A DNA stretch of 64,000 nt from the NCBI RefSeq assembly GCF_018977255.1, contig NW_024704743.1, forward strand, positions 30,320,001-30,384,000, written 5' to 3'. Of this stretch, positions 10,886 to 24,193 are shown in pieces (the stretch's first letter is position 1; the number at the start of each line of letters is the position of its first letter). The position numbers were made by a program, and so were the translations under genes. Under the pieces are notes generated by a model that saw only the letters and a program-made list of their open reading frames with translations, searched no databases and was not told the origin of the DNA. Source of the stretch: Callorhinchus milii. Lineage: Eukaryota.

Positions 10886-12459
10886 CACCCGCTACGCTAC
10901 AGGACTGTTGGGGGCCTTGTGTGTGCCACTAGTATAAGTGACCTCAAATAGGAAGTCTGCATCACATTGCCACCAACCCACCCAGGTGTGGGCTGCTCCA
11001 GCCATTTTATTGAGTCATGGACGGGGATCAATCCAGGTGCCACTTTTATAGAAAGGGAACTCAGAAGCTGGAAGTGGGCCATCTGTATTACTGTTGAGAA
11101 CTCAGAAATCACAGTTTCATTCTTGGTTACAGCCAGCAGTGAAAGTTAGCTTACTAGTTTTAACAACATACGGATTAAATTTTATTATGAAATCAATCAT
11201 GCAAGATTTCCTTAGGAGATGCCTGGTGGCTTAAGCAATTTTCTATGTCCTATAAAAAAAATCTTCTTTTTTGGGAAGGAGGCTTTTGTTTAATCAATTT
11301 TCTGGCACAGTTTAGTTTTTTCAGATTGAATGAATGGTTCACTCATCCCTGGTGGGTGGTCTTCACTTTTTTTGTAGGGATTTCAATCAATACTTCTTGC
11401 AGTGTACTGGTCTGTAGGAAAGCATGTCACAGAGTTATAAATGTAACTCGTAATAATAATCCTTAAATTTAATATAGCGGCTTATCGCATCGTAGAGAAA
11501 TTTCAAAGTACTTCACAATGTGACTCTCCAAAGGACTAAAAACTATAGCAGTAGCTTTCCCGATGGTACAGGTGATCAAGACAAAGCCTGAAGTGATGAT
11601 AATGATAATAATAATCCTTACATTTGGTATAGCACCTTATCACATCGTCAAGGGTCTCAAAGTGCTTCACAGAATATACTGCAAAGTGAATTCACTGTAT
11701 ATTCTGTGACATAACTGAGCCACACAAGCCTAGTGATAGGACAATGACATTTTCTCCCTCAAAAATATTTGAAGCAGAGCACGACATTCTTTTACAAAGG
11801 AATTATATAGGTGCTTGAAAAAAAGGGAAGACTGGGCTTGCTGCCACTTACTGTGGGATGGCTAGCACCCACACAATATACCCCATTATCACGCAGTAGA
11901 TTCAGGAGAGGAGAGGAATTCATGATTATGTTATTATTACTCAAGTTCTTTGCATTTTTGTCCTTTAGATTTCTAGCTTTACATCTACACTGCTGAAAAT
12001 AAAAGTCAAAATTAGGACATAGTACACCAGTACCTCCTCCAAGTAGGTATTCATCAATGTGCAAGCCCAGACAGTGAGTGCTGGCAGATTATTGATCTGT
12101 AAAGTTCACCCCAGTCAGGTTCATAGCCCAGGGACACCAAGACCAACTTAAGTGCCCACAGCTGAGCAGTGCCCTCAGCACAGAGCAGATATCAAACTTG
12201 TTACTTTTCACAAGATCATAAGAGGGAAGTTTGGCCAAAGAAGGCTCGTCAGTTAATTTCATCTAATTTCCTGAATATCCTCCAAATTGCCTTACAGCAT
12301 CAAGCACTTTTTAAAAATGAATCCAGGCTGCTTCCAACCCTTCTGCTAACCCTGTTTATTACCCCCTTCTTGGTATAGTCCTTAAATAGCCCTCCACAAC
12401 CCTTAACGCGTGCCCTCTTGCCATGCTGCCAATAGTGCAGCTCAACATATAGTTTGGGG

Positions 12460-12765
12460 TTTATTTCCCAGCAGGGTGAAACCTTAGGCAAGTTTTCTTA
12501 CTCCACAATCCTGTTTATCTAGCAGTAAGTAGGAACCCGGTTGGTAGTCTATTGATGGATCAAATTCCCAGGGTAATAATCCCTTCAACCAAAAAAACAT
12601 GTGGTCATTCAATCGATGACTGTTTGTGGGACACAGCTGTGCACAATTGGCTGCCACTTTTTGCCCACAAAATTCACAGTCAGTCTACTTTACAATGTAT
12701 ATTCTGTGAAGCGCTTTGAGACATCTCACAAAGTGATAAGGTGCTATGTCAATTGCAAGGATTAC
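12460..12765 (+). mobile_element. Older long-form SINE, head eroded
   Basis: gcagggtgaaaccttaggcaag...tagcagtaagtaggaacc...core and tail. Confidence 0.8.
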
Positions 12766-13467
12766 ATACTTTCTCTTCATGACTCAATATTACATCACTT
12801 GGTTCAATTGTCCACAAAGCCATCAGTGAATGTTTGTCAAAAATGAATTTACAGTTGAACATGTACTTCAATGGGCAGTATATCTCAGCGATAAGAACAT
12901 GCTAATGATATTCTTTCACCAATGTGAAAGACCCATAACTCACCAGCACTACTAGAGCAAGCAACTTAAAATATAGCTCTCATAGGAACTAACAGATGCC
13001 TGGAACTGGCTGTCATCACCAGTGAGATATCCTGTTTGTGAGAGTGGATGAGCCAGCAAATCTCTGAGAGAGATAGCTCACTGAATTCCTGGGTGTTGCA
13101 CGTGGCTTGCCAACCACTAAGTGATAATTCACACTCACATGCTTTTATTCCTCATTCCTTTGTGTTATCACCCCATTGGGCACAATGAACAGAAAAAGAT
13201 TCTCATTGAATAACATACTATGACACTGATTACAATTCTCTGTGGATTTCAAAGCTTTCCCTCTATTTTATATATTTTTGTTCAGTTAATTCTCTTAAAA
13301 AGGTGCTGTATAAATGCTACAGGTTTTTCTGTTTAGCAGCCAGGACATCTCGCCGTATGGAAACCTAAGTCCAGTGGAGGTATTCTTGCTCATTGACTTC
13401 AAATGGGGGAGAATTTCACCTTTAGTTTCCATCTCCAAAATACACAGTCACATTACTTTATAGTAGA

Positions 13468-13836
13468 ATAATAACAATCCTTGCATTTCATATAGCGCCT
13501 TATCACATTGTTGAGACGTCTCAAAGTGGTTCACAGAATATACGGTAAATTGAGTTATCTGTATATTTTATGGGCAAAACGTGGCAGCCACAGCACAGCA
13601 GTGTCCTACAAACAGTTGTGGATCGAGTGACCAAATTATTCTTTCTTTTTTGAAGGGATTATTAACCCCAGAAAGCCATCCACCAATTGACTAACAATCG
13701 GCTTCTTACTCACTGCTAGGTAAACAGAGGCATGTGGAGTAAGGAAACTTGCCTAAGGTTTCACCCTGCATAGGAATTCAACTCAGGTCCTCTCGCTTGT
13801 GACCCAAGTGCTCTAACCAATATGCTACAGGACTCC
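13468..13836 (-). mobile_element. Long-form SINE nested in an opposite-strand SINE tail
   Basis: Full element ending ctacaggactcc; the host tail is split between 13437-13465 and 13837-13930. Confidence 0.8.
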
Positions 13837-14139
13837 TGTATATCCTGTGAAGTATATCCTGCGAAGCACTTTGAGATGTCTTGGCGATGCGGTAAGGCAC
13901 TGTATCAAACGTGAAGGTTATTATTATTATCCAGGTTATTACTGTGTGGGCTCTAATCCATGTATTTAAATTCACTTCATCTCTTTTTCCGCTGCATCAG
14001 CAGTGGTGCCTCACTCACAGGTCATTCACCATATGTGAACCTGGGCAGTGAGTGTCAGCAGGCTATTCCACTACAGGATGCACTATAACTGACCCCAATC
14101 CTGTCCTCCCTGGACATCTTACGTATGTACTCACCACAA

Positions 14140-14385
14140 AGATTGTTGACCAGGAGACTGGGAGAAACTCCTTTCTGTATTTGAATAGTACCAAGGGATG
14201 TTTAACGTTCACCCGAGGAGAGACAAACACAATATTTGGTTAACTTCTGATCAGAAAAATGCAGCACTGTGCCATGCAGTTCTCCATCAGTAATGTGCTT
14301 TAGTATCAGTCTACGCTGTGAGCTAAAGTCCCAACATTAATCTTCTGACCCAGAGGCAATGGCCAAGGCTACCAAACTGACACCA
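14140..14385 (-). mobile_element. Old DeuSINE-like fragment
   Basis: gaccaggagactgggagaaactcc...gggatgtttaacgttcacc...cttctgacccagaggc resembles the Deu domain. Confidence 0.6.
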
Positions 14386-15697
14386 ACAGTATTAAGATCA
14401 CATTGGCCTGTACAGTTGACAAACCACACAGACAGAGCATTTACCCACTGAGCCATTGGGAACTGGGGCTGAGCTTCACAAATTAATATCGCTGAGTTGC
14501 AATGCCCTCCCATCTGTAGTATATATCATGCTCCAGTGTTCTGCTAGTATAATTTTCACTGCTACAGATGCTTTGAGTGATTCTGCCGATTTCCACTATT
14601 GTCCCCCAGGACTTTTATCTGTTGATATTTGATGACAGCAAGACTGTTACTTACAATTGCTGTCACTGTTGATCATCATACACCTCCAACACATTGCTAA
14701 TACTTAGAGCTGCTTGAAGTAGCCCAGAACCAGCTTATTCTCACACCCGTTTAAAAGCAGCAAATATCATTCGTTCCACTCTCATTTGCCACTGTAAATG
14801 GCACAAATTCACAGAAGCCAACTTTTTGGTAAAACCATTCTTTCAGTAGGTGCCTGAGAGACAGACACCTACAGATTCGATAACCCAGATTAGATAGAGC
14901 TGGATAGATAACAGTGTTCCGAGATGGCACACCGGATTTTTCACAAACATTGAGATCTAAAACCCAGTATTCATAACCAGAGTTGCAGCAAACCCTGCCC
15001 GTAAGCAGAATTCCGTCACGGCAACTCCACTTCAGAAATAAATTGTTTCAACATGACATCTCCCCCCACCACCAGTTCCCGGCACAGATGCTATTTTGGG
15101 TTCCTGTTATGGAATATTACTGTTCAGATATCAATTTCTGCTTAATGCGCCCCACCAAAGCCAATCGGTGCATCAGCTTTCAACCATCCTGCCCCATTCT
15201 CTCGAACTCCATTGTGAAGTCCCTCTGTCTTGCCCCTTCTCGTCCACCTTCAAAACCATGTTAAAACCTACCGCACTTTTAGCCGCCTTTCTCCCCCATC
15301 CTCCTCACTAGCTCGGGCTCCCAGTCAAATGTACGAAGCACTTTGAAGGGCTGTCCTAATAATAATAATCCTTGCATTTGAGCTCTCTAATGCCAGCTGT
15401 TTGCATAAATGTACGTGGACAAAGTTTTTTGCACAGTCAAAACTTTATAGGTTAAATGCTCTAAAATTTGACAATTTTCAAAAAAATATTCTCCCCTGTG
15501 ATTTGTATATTTTAAAGTGGAGTTTATGTCCATAGTATTATTACTATAAGTATAATTATATAAGTAGGTCACTCAATCCATGACTGTTTGGGGACACTGC
15601 TGTGCCCAGTTGGCTGCCGCGTTTTACAGTATATCCTGTGAATCGCTTTGGGAAGTCTCGAAGATGTAATAAGGTGCTGCTTATGTTATAGGGCTGA

Positions 15698-15945
15698 AAC
15701 AACAACAGCAACAAGATTTCATTTATAGAGCGCCTTTCACGTCGGGAGGACATCCCAAGGCGCTGTACAGTTGGGTCAGGACCCGAGCAGGGGGGAAATG
15801 GTCAGGGTGAGGGGAGGGAAGGGAGGGAGCGAGGAGAGGGTAGAGAGTCGAGAGGGGAGCTGAAGGCACAGTCAAAGAGAAAGGTCTTGAGACCGGCCTT
15901 GAAGGAGGAAAGGGAGGAAGCAAGGCAAAGGCACTGGGGGATGGA
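15698..15945 (-). mobile_element. Young L2 3' end
   Basis: Near-identical to 2242-2490. Confidence 0.85.
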
Positions 15946-16859
15946 GCAATAAAGATTGCTTTTTAAAGAGCCAGCTTAGACACAATGGGCTGGATGGCCT
16001 TCTTCTGTGCTGCAAATTTCTACGCTTCTTTAGTTCTACGTCTAACTTATCCTTTCTTGGGCCTCTCTTCATTTGCACCAGCCATAGCATCCCTCGGCTG
16101 TAACATAGTCTGCCCGTTAGAGAGACTTGCAGTACAATTCCTCATATCTTCACTAGTTTGCTAACTCAGCAGTTGACCCTGTGTGAATTTTTTTCCCTAA
16201 GACTTGACTAGAATGAACATATAAAATTCAAGCTTTCCCAACTATAGAGCATCGTATATGAGAGGACACTGGTTTTATGACTGTCACCACCTCTACTCAC
16301 CCTTTTATCCCTGATAGTCTGTGTTGTGAGGCAGTGGGGCATTTAAATCCCACTCTTTAATACCTCACCGACCTGCCATCCATGTCACTAGGTACTTGCA
16401 ATGTTTACTTTAGTGTGAGAGTGTCTACCACTTATAAGGGAGGTTGAAAATTAGACTAAGTATGAGAGCTGTAAAGGAGGTGAGTGTGTATCCGGAATGG
16501 GCCACTTCAGGATATAAGAAAAGTAATACATTCTCCTATGCACTTCTTGAAGGGCCAGTACACAAGCATTAAAAGTGTACATAGCTTTAAACAAAGAGTG
16601 GGATCTATTTAAAGTAACTAAATCTATATGCACTGAATTAGGCTGACAAGAGGCAAATGCTGTTTAATCTTGGCAAATACAGAGTGTTGAGATTGGAGAA
16701 GGAGAAAATAAACAGTGGGAACATTAACTAAATGGTAATGGTGGAAACCCTTCACTGTCCAATGCCTTGCAATGCCCTCCTGATATGAGGTGCTATGTAA
16801 ATTCACTTTGTTGTTGTATATCAATCTGCAGCACATGCCACAAGAGAGGGATTACTGTA

Positions 16860-17180
16860 GGATAGATCACCAAAACCTTCAGCATACTGTGTGATAGCAG
16901 TAAAGAGGGCAAACATAAGCTTGGTGTGCACAACTAGAAGGATAGAACATAGGTCATAGGATGTCATATTGACCTTGGGCAGAGCATTGTTTGGCTCTCC
17001 CTGTGTACAATTTAGGTCAGTGTAATGCAGGACAGACTCTTGGCAGTGAAACAAATGCAATAAAGGGCAAATAAATTCACAGTCGGGGTCATGTGCCTGA
17101 GTTACTAGGATATGCTGCAGAAGGTGTGATAGTTCACTATGGAGACAGAAAGTTCAGAGAGAGTTAAATGTCTAAAGTTT
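16860..17180 (+). mobile_element. Old CR1 ORF2 fragment
   Basis: Reads AVKRANISL..RRIEHRS*DVILTL..ALFG..CVQFRS, like CR1 AVKKAN.MLG.I.R.IEY.S..V.L.LY..LV...C.QFW. Confidence 0.6.
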
Positions 17181-19825
17181 CAATTCTTCTATGGTTTTCA
17201 ATAAAATAATTCAAATTTGATTTCTCCTAAGACAGTTTCTATTTGATTTCTCCTAAGACTATGTTTCTTGCTAATCCAGGTGATGGTTACTATTTCATCA
17301 CTACACTTAATCACTGTTCATCCCATGAATTACTTAGCCTTGTTATATAATAATCCTAAAAATAGAAAAAGATTGTATCTGTTGTAGCTCCTTATCACTT
17401 CGTAGTGACATCTCAAAGCACTTCACATGATTCACTGTAAAGTGTAGTGACTGTCTACTTGTAGAAGAACGCAGTAGCCAGTTTGTGTACAGCAATGTCC
17501 CACAAACAAGTATGAAATTAGTTTATTTTGAGATGGTGACCAGGTTATCTCGTCTTACTTTAAATGGTTTCTTATTCCTCAAATTTAAAAGTGCAAATGT
17601 AAAGTAAAGCAACAGCCCTTTTCTATCTACCTCTGAGATCTTTTGCAGGCCTGCTTCCTCTGCTCAGTAAACACTGGCTTGTTTTATGTCCCCCATCATT
17701 TCCGCCCCACTAGAGGTGCCTTCCCCCATGGCAGCATTAGAAATATGCAGAAAACCATCTGAAACAGTTTAAAAACATGGGTGGTTAAGGTTACAGCATT
17801 GGACTCATTTAAGAACACTTTGATGCTGTTATGGAAAGATGAAAGGGCTGATATTTTGGAAGGGTGAGATCAAATGGGCTGGAGGGCCTTCTTCATCTGA
17901 AACTCTTTTGTAATCTTGTGATAGCTATGAAACACTTCAGTGCTCCAGGGATAAAAAAAATGGATTTGAAAAGCTTCAGATTCATTTTTTGACAGCCTGT
18001 GTTTAGCAATATCACTGCTGGGATTTCATTACGTTCAATTACACTTAGTGCATAGGAGCTCAGTGAGCAAGAATTGATAAGTCAAGACCATTTAGCATTG
18101 ACGCACATTTGTATTGATTTTGTTAACTGTACTTTAGCTTCCGCTATACTTGTTTCAGCCCAATTGTATATTGAGACAATATACATTTGTATATTGTAAA
18201 TGAATCTCTACATTTGCTCTCCAAGTCTACTTCAATTTGTTTCATAAATTGTTTCAATTTCTTTACATAGTTTTAAAAAAAATGTAAACATCTCAACAAA
18301 ATGCAACAAGTTAATCTTAAAGCAACAACAACAAAATTATATTTGTAAAGCGCCTTTCACGTTGGAAAAGACATCCCAAGGTGCTGAACAGTTTATACAG
18401 AGAAACAGGCTACCTGTTCATTGGCGGTCAATTGCACACAGCAGTGTTCCACAAGCAGTTGTGGATTGAGTGAGCAATTTATTATTATGAGACTATGATG
18501 AGACTAAAACTCATGTACGCCTTACAGTCATGTACCATGATGCCCCACACCTCTGCGATAGACCTGCTGAACTGGCCGATGGAATTTCAACCAGGAAAGC
18601 CTCTGCTAACCATTCAACATTCTTTCCATCCTCCTCCCCCATAACCCAGAATGATATATAAACCTGAATGAAAGTTGTTTAGCTGAGATGAGGAAATTAG
18701 TGGCGTGGAGGAACTGAACCTCATGCTTTTGCTTGCTGGTGTTCTGGGATTTTCAGATCAGACCCGACCACAGGCAGCCTGAGTGTAAAACAACACTGAA
18801 ATAAGCAGCATTTTGAAGCTGTAACCTCTGCGATAGCATCTATTGACTCCTTACAACAGCACATGCAGCTGCTGATATTAAAGCTTCCATGTACATTCTG
18901 ATTCTGTGTGGCTTAGCACTGTACTGCAGAAAGCATTTTATCGATGTCAAATGAAATCCAAGACCGGATTACTATCTTGAAATGAATCCAGGGTGTCTAT
19001 TAGTTTTCACAGGATGTATTGCAACGTTTGCGTGGGTGGTTTTAATCCATTTCTATGCCGGCGGTGGCTTTCAGTGCAGATGCCCACTGTCAGTGATGCT
19101 CATTGTCACACATCATATGTGTTACTGATCCTGATGTCATATTGATCAAGCAATGTTTTTGCAGTTCATTCTCAGTACATCTACGTGCATTTCGTTTTCA
19201 CCCCTTCTTTTCTGAAGCCACTGATTCAGGAATGCGTACAATTCTGCAGATACTGCCTCCCAGTCCCTGGCCCAAATAGTACTGCATCACATGTGAGCCC
19301 AAACAGTGAGCAGCAACAGGCTGTATGGCCAAAGAAGTCAGCACAACACAACACAGCACAGCCTGTCCTTTCCTCACCTACCACACACAAGAACACATGA
19401 AGCTTTAGCAAAAGTTTGGGGGTAACGGTCAAGAGGTGGAAATGCTGACTAACCCTGACTGAAGCCGATTGCACATAAACCTGGCAGATAAGATAATCCA
19501 ACATAAACCATTTCTTGTACCTCAATTGACTGTATGTCTCAAATTCATACTGATCAAGGCATAGGGTGAGCTTGTGGGGACAAAATGCCATGTTTTTTAA
19601 TGGGATTCCTTAATAAGGAAATCAAGTAGGGTCTCCGTCTGGTAACCCGAAGAACATTATTAATGTCACTTGAACTCACAGGGAACCCTGCTCTAAATGT
19701 ATCATGGAAACAATAATTTACACTTCTACAGTTCCTTTAACATCAGGATATCTGAAAGGGCTTCACAGAGCTGACTGGGAAACCAAGCTGGGGAGATGAA
19801 GGTGGTCGAAAGCACAGTCAAAGAG

Positions 19826-20103
19826 ATAATAAGAATCCTTGTATTTGATATAGCACCTCATCACATCTTTGAGACATCTGAAAGTGCTTCACAAAATATA
19901 CTGTAAAGTGAGGTGACTGTGTATTTTGTGGGCAAACTCGGCAGCCAATTTGGGTATAGCAGCAGGCAAATAGGACCTCCGTTTAGTGATCAATTTTTTT
20001 TAAGGGATCATTATCCCAGGAAAAGTGATACGCCAATCGACTAACAACTGGGTTCCTACTTATTACTAGGTGAGCAGAGATGTGAAGTAAGGAAACTTGC
20101 CCA
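19826..20103 (-). mobile_element. Long-form SINE inserted in an L2 element
   Basis: SINE tail to aaggaaacttgccc; L2 sequence on both sides (19710-19825 and 20125-20480). Confidence 0.75.
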
Positions 20104-20124
20104 ACAGTTCGCCGGGAATCAAAA

Positions 20125-20480
20125 CCAGGAGAGAGGGTGCAAGGCAAAGGGATTGAGGGAGAGTGTTCCAGAGTTTTGGAACATAGTGGCTGAAAGCACA
20201 ACCTCCGATGATGGGGAGGAGGGTGAGAGGGATGAGCAAGAGGCTGGTACCAGTCGAGCGGAGGCACCGGGTGGTGGATTGGGGAGTAAGGAGGTCGGAG
20301 AGGTAGGGAGGTGCCAGGGAGTGAATGGATTTGAACATGAGAGTAAGGATTCTGAAGGCAATTTGTTCGGTGATGGGGAACCAGTGGAGCCTGGCCAGAA
20401 CTGGTGAGATGTGGGTACGGAGTTTGTCTGGGTCAGTATGCGGGTGCAGAGTTTTGAATAGGAGTTAAGCAGCAGAGCCC
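20125..20480 (-). mobile_element. L2 ORF2 C-terminal fragment
   Basis: ORF track FKSIHSLAPPYLSDLL...LRS...AFSHYVPKLWNTLP. Confidence 0.85.
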
Positions 20481-21322
20481 CAGGCTTATTGACCTTGAAC
20501 AGTAGAGATTTAGAACTCATCCAGGACTTGATCTTTGATAAGCAATTGGTCATACACGATTTCCCCCATTTGATACTTATACTTCCAGATTCCCATTGAA
20601 GCATCAAACGGCTTTTTTCTTGACATGTTTTCTGGTAACCTGTTCCAGTCAATAATTACCATCTGCGTAAAGAAATACTTCCTGATGCTTGTCCTGAAAT
20701 TGTCCTTTACAACCCTGAACTGGTGCCCTGCAGTCTTGACATAGCTGAAAGTATAGTTCAGGTTTTACATTTTCATCGCATTTAATATTTTACAAGGCCG
20801 CTTCTGAGACGTCTCTTTTTACGTTTAATCAAAGTTGTAATCTGCATCAGATTACCATAAAAGAATGCATGTTACATATACTGCAAAGCATTCTAAAGCA
20901 ACATTTGACTTCAACTGAGCTCCTAACCTCACTGGTTCAGCAAAGTAGCACTTAAGCCTTGTTGCCTTGGTTGAAATTCAGCTTATCTTGCAAGAACTCC
21001 AGGTCACTGGCCTGGCTGACAGCAGGCGTGAGGATACAAAGATTTAATACAATTTTCAGGGCACTACAGTATTCAGAAAAATCCTGAAGAAGTGGGTATG
21101 TATCCAACCCAGCTTCATGGAGACCCATGGGGGAAATCCGTAAACCCTCTGAAGTGATTAATCGCTAGAAAATCACCAGGGCCTTGTAGCCTGGGGAAAG
21201 TTTACTCATTTCAGAAGGGACACTCTTCTCAACAGCGACTTGCTATCATTTGATCTATGCTTGTAGGTTTGGATTTACTCCCTCACTTGTACACATGTGG
21301 AATTTTTCCATAAACTGGAAGT

Positions 21323-21691
21323 GGAGACCTGTAGCTCAGTGATTAGAGCATTCGCCTCGCAAGGGAGAGACCTGGGTTCTATTCCCGGGCAGGGTGAAAT
21401 GTTGGGCACGTTTCCTTACTCCACAAGTCTCTGTTTACCTAGCAGTAAGTAGGAACCCAGTTGTTAGTTGATTGGCGGATCGCTTTTCTGGGGATAATAA
21501 TCCTTCAAAAAAAAAATAATAATTTGGTCACTCAATCCACGACTGTTTGTGGGACACTGCTGTGCGCAATTGGCTGCCGTGTTTCGACCATAACTATACA
21601 GTCAATTCACTTTACAGTAAATTCTGTGAAGCGCTTTGAGATGTCTAGAAGACGTGAACAGGGTTATATCAAATGCAAGGATTATTATTAT
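21323..21691 (+). mobile_element. Full-length long-form tRNA-derived SINE
   Basis: Head, extra ctgtttacctagcagtaagtaggaacccagttgttag...ttctgggg segment, core and (ATT)n. Confidence 0.9.
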
Positions 21692-22414
21692 AAATAAACT
21701 GCTATTATTTTGGAAGATCTGCAGTTTTTTTAAGATACAGCATAATAATAATAATCCTTGCATTTGATATAGCGCCTTATCACATCATTGAGATGTCGCA
21801 AAGCGCTTACAGAATATACTGTAATGTGTAGTGACTGTGTGTTTTGTGGGCGAAATTAAATAATTAAGTAAATAACGGTACACCAGTTTCTGAACCATTC
21901 ACTGCCAATCAATAAGTGCAGGACATCAGTATGATATTGTTTAAACTGGACATCAATGGTTGTGGGATGAATGGAGTTTGGGTGAGATGTAGTGGGCCTG
22001 TTCATGCACGGTGTGGAATCGCAAATAACCAAATAACCTGGGGACGCTTTAGGGGAAGTTATAAACGGTTCTCATATGGCTTTCAAAAAACATGCAGTTA
22101 TTAGAGTGTAGCACTTGATGCAATGTTCATTAAGAGAATGAGAAAGGTCATTCGGACCATCAAACCTATTCATTCCACAGACCAAGCAAATCCTATTCTA
22201 ACTTATTAACAACAACAAATTACATTTGTATAGCGTCTTTCACATTGGGAGGATGTCTCAAGTACATTATATATTATTATATATTATTATATATTATTAT
22301 AACAATAATATTAATAATCCTTGCATTTAATTGGAAAATCTCAAAGTGTTTCAAGAATTATTGTGGTGACTGTGTATTTTGTAGGCAGTCGGTTATACAT
22401 AACTTGTTCAATTT

Positions 22415-22610
22415 GGAGTTTAATTTTCAGGATTCCTTTAAGAATTCTGTTAGAAATCTTGCTGACCTGCGGGATCTCCACTCTGGAAGTAAATTGCATT
22501 GGCGCAGAGCTCCCTGGGGTCAATATGACATAGTTGTGATTATGGGAAGGGGATTCCTTTCGGTGGGACTCAGATTCCTTATTAAAGAATTCTGTTAAGA
22601 AATATTGCAA
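22415..22610 (+). repeat. Unclassified ~190-bp dispersed repeat with internal direct repeat
   Basis: gattcctt..aagaattctgtta.gaaat occurs twice; similar reverse-strand copies at ~19590-19695 and ~53330-53505. Confidence 0.55.
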
Positions 22611-23197
22611 ACTATGATCCATCTCCTGGAAGAACATTCTGCAGATGCATTCTGCTAAACATTCCTCTGTTGTGTTTCCAAGTTATTTATCCAGTTTGTT
22701 CTTGGAGGAATTAATAAACATAGGTCAACTGTCTACTTACAATTTCTCTCACTCTCTAATGTAACTTTTGGCTTGATTTTAAAACTGTGTCCTATAGTTA
22801 TGCTCTCATGATCAAAGCAGTTTGATATTGGACAGGTTTACTGACTCTAAGTGTCAGCTAAAATAAAGAAGAAAAGTACTTTTCTTTAAACAGATTAGTT
22901 GGGGTGGGGGATAGATTGGCAGCCTCATTAACATAGCAGCAACTCCTAACTAAGACGCTTTCAGCTCAAATCCTAAGCCTCGCCTGCCTTTTGAGCTCAG
23001 CTATCCTCAGCAGCTCTTGGCCAGGCTAATGGATGAAGGACTGGTTGGCAGTTTGGAAAAGGAACAGCAGTAACTGGTGGTGCTCTGTACAGACACAGGG
23101 AAAGGAGATGGAAGTATCACAGCCAGGCCTTCTGCACAATAATGGTCTTATCAACCGCAGCCAAGCAATGACTTCTGATATCAGAGCGGTTAATGTC

Positions 23198-23516
23198 GGA
23201 GTCCTGTAGCTCAGTGGTTAGAGCACTCGCTTTGCAAGTGAGAGACCTGAGTTCAATTCCAGGCAGGACGAAACCTTGGGCAAGTTTTCTTACTCCACAC
23301 GCCTAATAATAATCCCTCCAAAACAAAAAACAATAATAAATTGGTCATTTTCAATCTACGACTGTTTGTGGGACATTGCTGTGCGCAATTGGCTGCCGCG
23401 TTCGCCCACAGATATACAGTCAATTCACTTTACAGTATATTCTGTGAAGCGCTTTGGGAAGTCCTCCCGACGTGAAAAGCGCTACATCAAATGCAAGGAT
23501 TATTATTATTATTATT
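23198..23516 (+). mobile_element. Young full-length short-form SINE
   Basis: Intact head and core; joined tail-to-tail to a minus-strand SINE tail at 23517-23625. Confidence 0.93.
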
Positions 23517-23636
23517 AATAACAATAATAATCCTTGCATTTGATATAGCTCTTTTCATGTCTTCCAGATGTCTCAAAGCACTTCACAAAATATGCTGTAA
23601 AGTGAATTGACTGTATATTTTTGTGCAGTTTTGGTC

Positions 23637-24193
23637 TACTGTGTGTAGTTTTGGTCTCCTTATTTAAGGAAGGATGTACTTGCCTTGGAGGGGGTGCAGC
23701 ATAGATTTACTAGGTTAGTACCAAGGATGAAGGGGATGAGTTATGAGGATAGGCTGAACAATTTGGGCCTTATTCTCTAGAATAAAGAAGAATTAGAGGG
23801 GATCTTATAGAAACCTATAAGATCATCAAAGGGCATGATAGAGTAGATAGTGGGAGATTGTTTCCCGTGGTTGGAGAAACTAAAACCAGGCATCACAACC
23901 TTAAAATCAGAGGCCAGCCCTTTCGCACTGAGTTGAGGAAGAACTTCTTCACTCAAAGGGTGGTGAATGTATGGAACTCACTACCCCAAAGGACTGTTGA
24001 CACTCAGTCCTTGAACATATTCAAGACTGAGATAGATATATTTCTTATTGCAAAAGGGATTAGGGGATATGGGGATAAGGCAGGGTCAGGTTATTAGCTG
24101 GAGTTAGATTAGAAGATCAGCCATGATTGAATGGCGGGGCAGGCTTGAAGGGCCGAATGGCCTACTCTTGCTCCTACATGTTATGTTATGTTA
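23637..24193 (+). mobile_element. CR1 LINE 3' end
   Basis: YCV*FWSPYLRKD...RGDLIETYKI...RKNFFTQRVVNVWNSLP; 3' UTR gggccgaatggcctact and (TATGT)n tail. Confidence 0.92.

Noticed and set aside
19226..19591. 121-aa Cys-rich minus-strand ORF
   Set aside because: Cys content comes from TG-rich low complexity; no domain pattern
20119..20652. Longest ORF (177 aa)
   Set aside because: Off-frame read-through of decayed L2 and adjacent CR1-like sequence
23198..23270. Apparent tRNA-Ala genes at SINE starts
   Set aside because: Each continues into the SINE body and tail; they are SINE heads, not standalone tRNA genes
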